In this document: in pieces, positions 10,426 through 18,040 of the stretch
How the letters are laid out: every line of letters begins with the position of its first letter
Position numbering within the stretch: position 1 is the stretch's first letter
DNA from: an uncultured delta proteobacterium
Lineage (GTDB): Bacteria > Myxococcota_A > Polyangia > Fen-1088
Assembly (NCBI GenBank): GCA_963755125.1
Contig: CAVWIP010000018.1
Coordinates: 227,010 to 291,009 of the forward strand
Direction of reading: 5' to 3'
Length of the DNA stretch: 64,000 bases
Notes under the pieces: model-generated
Seen by the model: only the letters and a program-made list of their open reading frames with translations
Database searches by the model: none
Told to the model about the DNA's origin: nothing
Made by a program: the position numbers and the translations under genes

Positions 10426-10860
10426 CTAGTTGCCCTCGGGTAGCGGCGCGCGTTCCACGTCGAGCGCAAAGGCCGTGACCCCGTTGCGTTTGACCAGATC
10501 GATGAGATCCATCACGCGCCCGTATTCCACGCCCTTGTCAGCCCCGATCACCGCCTGCAGCTTGGGATTCGCGTCGTGGCCGTGCTTCACCTTGACGGCC
10601 ACTTCCTGCAGGTTGCTCTCTTTCCCATTGAGCAGGAGCCTGCCATCCTTGGTGCACACCAGGTTGACGGTCGATTCCACATGCGCGCCGCCGGTGGCGG
10701 CCTTGGGCAGATTGACCACCATGCTGGCGCGTACGATGGCGGCCGAGGTCAGCATGAAGATGATGAGCAGCACCAGCACGATGTCCACGAAGGGAATGAT
10801 GTTGATGCTGGCCAGCGGCCCCTCGTCCTCGCCGTTGCCGTTGCTCAGCGACCCAGCCAT
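10426..10860 (-). CDS. exbD: ExbD/TolR biopolymer transport protein
   Basis: 'INIIPFVDIVLVLLIIFM' with the conserved TM Asp; 'ADKGVEYGRVMDLID'. Confidence 0.92.
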   Translation of the reverse strand: MAGSLSNGNGEDEGPLASINIIPFVDIVLVLLIIFMLTSAAIVRASMVVNLPKAATGGAHVESTVNLVCTKDGRLLLNGKESNLQEVAVKVKHGHDANPKLQAVIGADKGVEYGRVMDLIDLVKRNGVTAFALDVERAPLPEGN

Positions 10861-10869
10861 GGAGGCTCC

Positions 10870-11526
10870 CTACTCGCTCTTCTCGCTGCCCGCGGCCTTC
10901 AGTTCGGCCAGCAGGATGCGCGACAGCGACTCGGTGTTGGTCACCGCGTCCTTCACCATGCCCTTGAACACGTTGTAGGCCACCACCGCCGGAATCGCTA
11001 CCAGCAGGCCGATGGCCGTGGCCACCAGCGCCTCGGCGATTCCCGCCATCACGCCCGTGCTGGCACTGGCCATGTCTTTCGACAGATCCTTGAATGCCCG
11101 CACGATGCCCAGCACGGTTCCGAACAGGCCGATGTAGGGCGAATTGGACGCCAGGGTCGCCAGGATGGACAGGCGCCGCTCGTAGAAGCTTTTCTCGCGC
11201 GACATCGCCCCGGTCAGAAGATCCTCGACGGACTCCGGCCCCTTGGCGTAGCCGCGCAGGCCGGCCAGCACCACGTTGGTTTCCAGGCTATCGGTCTTGG
11301 CCAGCAGCTTGGCCGCCGCCTCGAAGTCGCCCTTGTCCAAGTGCTTGGCGAATTCTTCGCGCAAGGAATCGAAGTCGACCTTGCGCCGCCGGTAGAAAAT
11401 CCAGCGTTCCACCATGACCGCAACCGACAGCAGCGACAGCCCGAGCAGGAGCCAGAGCACCCACTCGGAGCGAAAAACCGGCAGGGACAGGAGTTTCTGG
11501 ACTAGGCCTTCAGGAGAGGGGGTCAT
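10870..11526 (-). CDS. exbB: MotA/TolQ/ExbB proton channel protein
   Basis: 'LATLASNSPYIGLFGTVLGI' and 'GIAEALVATAIGLLVAIPAV'. Confidence 0.92.
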   Translation of the reverse strand: MTPSPEGLVQKLLSLPVFRSEWVLWLLLGLSLLSVAVMVERWIFYRRRKVDFDSLREEFAKHLDKGDFEAAAKLLAKTDSLETNVVLAGLRGYAKGPESVEDLLTGAMSREKSFYERRLSILATLASNSPYIGLFGTVLGIVRAFKDLSKDMASASTGVMAGIAEALVATAIGLLVAIPAVVAYNVFKGMVKDAVTNTESLSRILLAELKAAGSEKSE

Positions 11527-11676
11527 GACGACCTCAGATGACACCGCATGGGCAGGTTTCTGTCACCCAGTGGGCCATGACGCAAGAGCGACCGCGTCGC
11601 GTGGCTCCCTCGGTGACAATCCGGTGACGATCCGCCTGTTGACGGCGCCGCACAGCACACGTAGCGTTCGCCGGCC

Positions 11677-14052
11677 ATGTCCTCTCACATGCTTGTCATT
11701 GTGCGGAGCTTTCCCGGGCACCACCCCACGCACCGAATTTTCTTCGCAGCTCTGCTCCTCTTGGCAAGCGCGTTCTCCACCGTGGCGCGCGCCGAGCCGC
11801 AAAGCCTCATCGCAGGGAAGCTGCCCATCCGCAGCGAGGGCGTGAAGAACGTGAGCCGCTTGACCGACGGTGTTTACGGCAACGAGGGCGACGAGTGGCT
11901 CACCGATGTGACATCGCGCTTTCTTTCGGCGCGATCCTTCGTCGAATACGACCTGGGCGCCGAGCGGCCTATTCGCTGCGCCCTGGCCCAGGCCGACAAC
12001 AACGATGTGTACATCCTCTCGGGCTCGCTGGATGGTGAAAGCTGGCAGCCCTTGTGGCGAGTGGGGGCCGAGACGGGCGCTGGCATGCGACTGCGCAACC
12101 AGAAACTGGAGACCAGCGCGCGCTACGTGCGACTCTCCGCCACCGGAGGCGATGCCCTTTACAGCGTGAGTGAGATCGCCCTGTACAGCGAGTGCCCGGC
12201 CATCTGGCCGCCGTCCGAACTGGTGCGGACCCGCGGCGTGACAGTGGCCGACACGGTCGCCACCAAGGCGGTCGTCTTCGGGATCTTCGCCGCCTTCTTC
12301 CTGCTGGTCCATCGTCGCAGGGCCGGGCGCATTCACTATGTCTTGCTTCTGCCGGCGGTGGCGGCGGGCTGGATGCTGGCCGTCGAGCTGGCACGCCTGT
12401 ACCCTTTTATCGATCAAGAGCCGACCTTGCGCGGCTTGCTCGCCGCACTGGTTGCCTTGCTGGCGATCAAGGAGGCCTTCTTCAGCGAGGCGGCGGCGCC
12501 CCATCGGAGAGTGGTGCTGGGCACCTTGGGCTTCTGCGCGGTGGCGGCCTTTTTCACCTACTGCCACTTCGGGACGCCGCAGTTCTTCGACGAGGCCAAG
12601 GGCCGGCGCACCTTCGTGCACACCTGGGCCATGCGCAACGACTTCCCCACGGCGAAGTACTTCCGCGAGCTGCGCTTCGATGGGCTGTATCTCGCCAGCC
12701 TGGCGGCCTACGCGGAGGACACCCCGGGCTTTGGCCCTGATCGGCTGGCCAGCGTGCGCGTGCGCGATCTGCGCGACAACCAGATGCGCATGAGCAGTGA
12801 ACTATCGGGCGAAATGTCCAGGGTGCGCGCGCGCTTCACCCCCGAACGCTGGCAGGAATTCAGGCGCGACATGAAGTACTTCGCCGACAGCATGGGCGAG
12901 GCGGACTTCATGGCCGGCCTGCAGGAGCACGGGGGCGACGCCACGCCAGCGTGGATCCTGCCGGCCTATCTGCTTTTCAGCCACCTGCCCGCCAGCGAAG
13001 CAACCCTGACCGCCACCGGGCTCATCGATCCGCTGCTCATCCTGCTGCTCTTCTTCGTCATCGCGCGCACCTTCGGACTGCGCGTGATGCTCTACCTGGC
13101 GGTGCTGTGGGGGTCGAGCGACTTCTACACCCTCGGGACGAACCTGCTGGGCGCGACCTTGCGCCAGGATTGGCTGGTGGCCCTCGGGTTCGGGGTCTGC
13201 GCGCTGAAATCACGGCGCCTGTTTCTCGGCGGTGTTCTTCTCGCCTACGCGGCTCTGGTGCGCGTGTACCCCAGCGAGGCAACCCTGTTCCTGGCCGTGC
13301 CCATCATGTGGTTTGCCGTCGACACCTGGCGCGAGCACCGGCGGCTCCCGCGCCTGGCGGAGCTTCGCGCAGCCCAGGGTCCCGCCCTGCGCGCGCTGGC
13401 CGGCGTGGCCGCGTGCGTGGTGGGCGCGTTGCTTTTCACTTCAGTCCTGTTCGGGGCGGGAGACACCTGGGGCGCCTGGAAGCACAAGACCGAGATCCAC
13501 GAGAGCATCCCCAGCTCGAACAAAGTGGGGTTGCGCAACGTCGTGGCCTTTCGTGCCGATCTCTCGGCCGCAAGTCTGATACAAAGCGGGACCAACGATC
13601 TTTGGCGCGACTGGGAACGCCACCAGAGTTCGACCTTCTCGGCCCGCCAGCCGTTGTACTACCTGGCACTCCTCGTCGCCATAGCCTTGGCCCTGCTCGC
13701 GTGCCGAGGCCGCAGCCTGGAACAGGTGTGCCTCATCGGCCTGCTGCTGGTCCCGTTCTATTCCTATCTACCCAACACCTACTGCCATTTCGTGTTTCTC
13801 TTGCCGCTGGCGGTTGCCGTGGCCGGAGCAGAGGCCGAGCGCGACCGCAACTTCGCGCTGGTCGTCGTCCTGCTCGCGCTTCTGGCCGTGGGCCAGGCCT
13901 TCACTGCGGCCGAGCAGTGGGCCGACCTGCGCTACACCGACCAGAGCGATCTGCTGCTCGTGGCGTTCACCCTGATCCTGATCCACTGGGCGCGCCAGTC
14001 CTGGCGTGCAGCGCCCCTGTCGAAGAAGGAGCAGGAGAGCAAGACGGGCTGA
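11677..14052 (+). CDS. Polytopic membrane protein with N-terminal discoidin (F5/8 type C)-like domain; possible GT-C glycosyltransferase
   Basis: Signal peptide; 'LTDG...W...VEYDLG...ADNND.Y....S.DG..W...ARYVRL...SEI' discoidin pattern; about 12-13 hydrophobic segments. Start approximate. Confidence 0.65.
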   Translation: MSSHMLVIVRSFPGHHPTHRIFFAALLLLASAFSTVARAEPQSLIAGKLPIRSEGVKNVSRLTDGVYGNEGDEWLTDVTSRFLSARSFVEYDLGAERPIRCALAQADNNDVYILSGSLDGESWQPLWRVGAETGAGMRLRNQKLETSARYVRLSATGGDALYSVSEIALYSECPAIWPPSELVRTRGVTVADTVATKAVVFGIFAAFFLLVHRRRAGRIHYVLLLPAVAAGWMLAVELARLYPFIDQEPTLRGLLAALVALLAIKEAFFSEAAAPHRRVVLGTLGFCAVAAFFTYCHFGTPQFFDEAKGRRTFVHTWAMRNDFPTAKYFRELRFDGLYLASLAAYAEDTPGFGPDRLASVRVRDLRDNQMRMSSELSGEMSRVRARFTPERWQEFRRDMKYFADSMGEADFMAGLQEHGGDATPAWILPAYLLFSHLPASEATLTATGLIDPLLILLLFFVIARTFGLRVMLYLAVLWGSSDFYTLGTNLLGATLRQDWLVALGFGVCALKSRRLFLGGVLLAYAALVRVYPSEATLFLAVPIMWFAVDTWREHRRLPRLAELRAAQGPALRALAGVAACVVGALLFTSVLFGAGDTWGAWKHKTEIHESIPSSNKVGLRNVVAFRADLSAASLIQSGTNDLWRDWERHQSSTFSARQPLYYLALLVAIALALLACRGRSLEQVCLIGLLLVPFYSYLPNTYCHFVFLLPLAVAVAGAEAERDRNFALVVVLLALLAVGQAFTAAEQWADLRYTDQSDLLLVAFTLILIHWARQSWRAAPLSKKEQESKTG

Positions 14053-14133
14053 GCGGATCTCCCGACCTGCAGTCTACCCCACTCGGTCGCAACATCACTT
14101 GCACCCGACCTTCACAGGCCCGATCCTGGGAGG

Positions 14134-15351
14134 ATGCAGATCCCCATCGTTCGGCTGGCGCTCGGCGATGCCGAGGTCGAGGCCGCCAGCAGGGTCATTC
14201 GTTCGGGCTGGGTTGCCCAGGGCCCGGAAGTGGCGGCTTTCGAGCGCGAGTTGGCCGCGGCCGTGGGCGCTCCATTTGCGGTGGCTGTGGCCAATTGCAC
14301 CGCGGCGCTGGAGCTTTCCCTGCGCGTGGCCGGTGTGCAGCCAGGCGACGACGTGGCCACGGTCAGCCATAGCTTCATCGCCACCGCCAACGCAGTGGTG
14401 GCGGTCGGGGCGCGACCCATCTTCGTCGACGTCCAGCCCGATAGCTACAGCATGGACTCGGTTGCGCTCGCACGCGCGATCACGCCGCGCACGCGCGCCA
14501 TCTTGTGTGTGCACCAGATCGGCTTCCCTTGCGATCTGCCCGCCATCCTAGCCATCGCGCAGTCACGCGGCTTGCCCGTCATCGAGGACGCCGCCTGCGC
14601 CATCGGCAGTGAGATCCGCATCGACGGCGACTGGCAGCGCATTGGCCGACCCCACGGCCTGCTGGCCTGCTTCTCGTTTCATCCGCGCAAGCTGATCACG
14701 ACTGGTGACGGCGGCACGATCACCACGTCCGACCCGTCGCTGGCCGAGCGCCTGCGTTCGCTGCGCCAGCACGCCATGTCGCAAAGCCCGCCGTTTCCCA
14801 CGCGACCACCCAGCACGGCTCGCCACTCGAGCGACCACGTGACGCTGGAAAGTTTCTCCGAACCAGCTTTCAATTTCCGCATGACCGACCTGCAGGCCGC
14901 CGTGGGCCGGCCGCAGTTGGCGCGCCTGTCCGCCATCATCGCCGAGCGGCGCGCGCTGGCGGCGCGCTACACCGAGGCTTTGGCCAGCCATCCGCTGCTG
15001 GCTCCGCCGGCCGAGCCGGCGTGGGTGCGAAGCAATTGGCAAAGTTACCCGGTCACCTTGCGCACAGGCGGGCGCGTGTCACAGGTTGCGATCATGCAGT
15101 TCTTGCTCGACCGCGGCGTGGCCAGCAGGCGTGGCATCGGCAACGCCCACGCCGAGCCGGCCTACGCCAAGTGCGCGTGGTCGTGCGGCCCAGAGCCCTG
15201 CGATCCCGCAGCCCACGCGGCAGGCCGCTGCTTGCGCTTGTCCGTCTCGGAACGCGCTCGCGACAACACCATTCTCTTGCCCCTGTTCCACGGCATGTCG
15301 CCCGCGGAGCAGGATTACGTCATGGCCAGCCTGCACGCTCTGCCGAGGTGA
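14134..15351 (+). CDS. DegT/DnrJ/EryC1/StrS PLP-dependent sugar aminotransferase
   Basis: 'GPEVAAFE', 'NCTAAL', 'IEDAACAIGS', 'FSFHPRKLITTGDGG' (PLP Lys), 'FNFRMTDLQAAVG'. Confidence 0.93.
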   Translation: MQIPIVRLALGDAEVEAASRVIRSGWVAQGPEVAAFERELAAAVGAPFAVAVANCTAALELSLRVAGVQPGDDVATVSHSFIATANAVVAVGARPIFVDVQPDSYSMDSVALARAITPRTRAILCVHQIGFPCDLPAILAIAQSRGLPVIEDAACAIGSEIRIDGDWQRIGRPHGLLACFSFHPRKLITTGDGGTITTSDPSLAERLRSLRQHAMSQSPPFPTRPPSTARHSSDHVTLESFSEPAFNFRMTDLQAAVGRPQLARLSAIIAERRALAARYTEALASHPLLAPPAEPAWVRSNWQSYPVTLRTGGRVSQVAIMQFLLDRGVASRRGIGNAHAEPAYAKCAWSCGPEPCDPAAHAAGRCLRLSVSERARDNTILLPLFHGMSPAEQDYVMASLHALPR

Positions 15352-15381
15352 AAAGCCGAATTTCCGAAGAGCGGCAAGAAA

Positions 15382-15442
15382 TCGTGGTCGTGGACGTGGT
15401 CGACAGTGAGCACTCCGACCACGTCCACGTCTACGACCACGA
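15382..15442. repeat. Intergenic inverted repeat built from GTCGTG/GACGTG hexamers
   Basis: TCGTGGTCGTGGACGTGGTCG (15382-15402) pairs with CGACCACGTCCACGTCTACGACCACGA (15416-15442), allowing one 6-nt bulge. Confidence 0.75.
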
Positions 15443-15484
15443 CCTCCTGCGACTGTTGCGGGATTGGGGTACACTGCAGCCCTC

Positions 15485-16750
15485 ATGCTCGACATCAGAC
15501 TTATCAGAGAGAAGCCCGACGAGGTGCGCGCGGGTTTTGCCAAGCTCGGCTCCGCCGTGGATCTGGATGCGGTGCTGGCGCTCGACCAGACGGTGCGCAG
15601 GCTGAAGAACGATTCCCAGACCATCCAGGCCGACCAGAACCGCCTGTCGCGTGAGATTGCCAAGGCGCCGACGCCGCAGGCGCGTGAGGAGGCGAAGGCC
15701 AAGGGCGCTGCGCTCAAGCAGAAGATCGAATCCCTGGCCGCCGAACTGGCGCAGCAGGAACAGGCCCTGGACGACAAGCTGCTCGAACTGCCCAACCTGC
15801 CCCACCCCACGGTTCCCGTGGGCAAGGACGAAAGCGAAAACCGTGTGCTGCGTGAAGAAGGCGTCAAGCGCAGCTACGCGTTTGCGCCCCAGCCGCACTG
15901 GGATCTTGGCCCGCGCTTGGGCATCCTGGACTTCGACCGTGGCGTGAAGATCTCCGGGTCGCGCTTCTACATCCTCAAAGACTGGGGCGCGCGCCTGCAA
16001 CGGGCGCTCATCAGCTTCATGCTGGACCTGCACACCAGCCGCCACGGCTACAGCGAGATCCTGCCGCCCTACATGGTCCGGCGCGAAGCCCTGGTGGGCA
16101 CCGGCAACCTGCCCAAGTTCGGCGACAACCTGTACCACGACGCCATCGAGGATTTCTGGTTCATTCCCACCGCCGAGGTGCCGGTGACCAACCTGTATCG
16201 CGACGAGATCCTGGAGGGCGACAAGCTGCCCATCAAGCACGTGGCCTACACCGCCTGCTTCCGGCGCGAGCAGATGGCCGCCGGTCGCGACACCCGCGGC
16301 ATCAAGCGCGGCCACCAGTTCGACAAGGTCGAGCTGGTCAAGTTCGTGCGCCCGGAATCGTCGCTGGACGAGCTGCAGGGTCTGCTCGCCGACGCCGAGG
16401 ACGTTCTCAAGGCGCTGGAGCTGCCCTACCGGCTGGTGGAAATGTGTACCGGCGACCTGTCGTTCTCGGCCATGGTCAAGTTCGACCTGGAATTGTGGGC
16501 CCCGGGCTGCGGGGAATGGCTGGAGGTCAGCTCCTGTTCCGCCTTTGGCGACTTCCAGGCCCGGCGGGCCAAGATCCGCTTCCGCGACGGCCAGGAGAAG
16601 ACCCGTTTCGTGCACACCCTGAACGGCTCCGGCCTGGCCCTGCCCCGCACCCTGGTCGGGGTGCTGGAAACCTACCAGCGGGCAGACGGGAGACTGGACG
16701 TACCGGCGGTTCTTCGACCATACTTCGGGGGACGCGACGTTCTGGGATAA
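15485..16750 (+). CDS. serS: Serine--tRNA ligase
   Basis: 'MLDIRLIRE', 'LPNLPH', 'IPTAEVP', 'CFRRE', 'HQFDKVE', 'EVSSCS', 'HTLNGSGLA'. Confidence 0.98.
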   Translation: MLDIRLIREKPDEVRAGFAKLGSAVDLDAVLALDQTVRRLKNDSQTIQADQNRLSREIAKAPTPQAREEAKAKGAALKQKIESLAAELAQQEQALDDKLLELPNLPHPTVPVGKDESENRVLREEGVKRSYAFAPQPHWDLGPRLGILDFDRGVKISGSRFYILKDWGARLQRALISFMLDLHTSRHGYSEILPPYMVRREALVGTGNLPKFGDNLYHDAIEDFWFIPTAEVPVTNLYRDEILEGDKLPIKHVAYTACFRREQMAAGRDTRGIKRGHQFDKVELVKFVRPESSLDELQGLLADAEDVLKALELPYRLVEMCTGDLSFSAMVKFDLELWAPGCGEWLEVSSCSAFGDFQARRAKIRFRDGQEKTRFVHTLNGSGLALPRTLVGVLETYQRADGRLDVPAVLRPYFGGRDVLG

Positions 16751-16756
16751 ACGGAC

Positions 16757-17629
16757 TTGGAAGGCAAACCGCTTGCTCTTGCCGTGCTCCTGGCTGGCGC
16801 CCTGGCCGTCGGCATCGGTGTGTTCGTGCTACATGCCGCCAGCGCGCCGCCGCCGACGCCCGAGCGCCCGCGGCCGCCGCCCCCTGCCGCGGTGATGGTC
16901 CATTCCGACATGCGCTTCTCACCTGTCTACTACCGCACCTTGATCGAGCAGGACTCCAAGGCCTATGGAATCCCGGCCCCGGCCTGGGACGACATCACGC
17001 AGCCCAACCCGTATTTCGATGAGCTGAAGGAGAAGCAGCACCTTCGTATTAAGGCCCCCATCGAAACCCGCCACCTCCGGATATCGATGGAGATCAGCAA
17101 GGTTCCCTCGGTCATCGGCGGCCAGGCCCTGAGCGCGGATCACCTGGTTCTGCGCATCGAGAACCGGACGCCGGTCTATCTCGCGTACCGCATCCAGACC
17201 AGCGTGCCGGACAAGCGCAAGTGCTCGAGCAAGGGCGAGATTCCACACAACGCCGTGGCCATCGGGCCGAACCAGACCATCCTGCGAACCGAATGTTTGT
17301 ATCGCAAGGATGAGTCCGTCGATGTGAATCGCATCGAGGTGGTGGAGATGCCAGCGCTATCCGCCTACTACGTGTCACGTCTTCCGCCCAACGCGACCCT
17401 CTACGACCCGCGCACCTTTACCGGTCATGTGGGGTTTCGCGGCCAGGACAGCTGCCAGCAGACCTTTTCGTGGCGCGAAATCAAGGATGGCGTGGACGCC
17501 AAGCAGTTCGAATGGAAGGACGTCATCGACTTCTACGCCCGCCACAACTGCAGCGAATACTCGTTTTTCAAGACCTATCGCTACCGGACCGACACCAACG
17601 CCCCCTTGCCTGCACGCCCTCTCGACTAG
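16757..17629 (+). CDS. Hypothetical membrane-anchored protein
   Basis: TTG start just after serS; N-terminal TM, Pro-rich linker, Cys-containing globular domain; host-like codon usage. Confidence 0.7.
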   Translation: MEGKPLALAVLLAGALAVGIGVFVLHAASAPPPTPERPRPPPPAAVMVHSDMRFSPVYYRTLIEQDSKAYGIPAPAWDDITQPNPYFDELKEKQHLRIKAPIETRHLRISMEISKVPSVIGGQALSADHLVLRIENRTPVYLAYRIQTSVPDKRKCSSKGEIPHNAVAIGPNQTILRTECLYRKDESVDVNRIEVVEMPALSAYYVSRLPPNATLYDPRTFTGHVGFRGQDSCQQTFSWREIKDGVDAKQFEWKDVIDFYARHNCSEYSFFKTYRYRTDTNAPLPARPLD

Positions 17630-17665
17630 AGGCAGGCTTTTGGTTAGATTATACACCCTGTGACT

Positions 17666-17992
17666 ATGACCAAAGCCGACCTCATCGCCGTCATCGCGGA
17701 CAAGCTCAAGTTCCCCTGGGCGCGCGCAGAGCTGCTGGTCGATCAGATCTTCTTGTCCATGTCGGACGCTCTCATGCGCGGCGAGGGCATCGAGATCCGA
17801 GGCTTCGGCAGCTTCACCGTGCGTCAGTACCGCGCGTACGACGGTCGCAACCCTCGCACCGGTGCCACCGTCCACGTCAAGCCCAAGCGTCTGGCTTTCT
17901 TTAAGGTGGGCAAGGAGCTGCGCGAGCGCGTGAACGATCGGCGACGTTCCATCGATGCGCCGGCGGCGTCCGAACCGGCGAAGCTGGCATGA
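17666..17992 (+). CDS. ihfB: Integration host factor beta / HU family DNA-binding protein
   Basis: 'MTKADLI', 'IEIRGFGSF', 'GRNPRTG', 'FKVGKELRERVN'. Confidence 0.9.
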   Translation: MTKADLIAVIADKLKFPWARAELLVDQIFLSMSDALMRGEGIEIRGFGSFTVRQYRAYDGRNPRTGATVHVKPKRLAFFKVGKELRERVNDRRRSIDAPAASEPAKLA

Positions 17993-17994
17993 TG

Positions 17995-18021
17995 GTAGGG
18001 GCGACCTGCGGTCGCCCCGGT
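17995..18021 (+). repeat. GTAG-type REP sequence, copy 1
   Basis: GTAGGGGCGACCTGCGGTCGCCCCGGT: GTAG followed by a GC-rich palindrome, between convergent genes; second copy at 58921-58947. Confidence 0.75.
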
Positions 18022-18040
18022 CCCCGCCGGTCACGGGAAG

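Noticed and set aside
15352..15484. T-box riboswitch upstream of serS
   Set aside because: Leader too short; no T-box consensus or U-tailed terminator visible.
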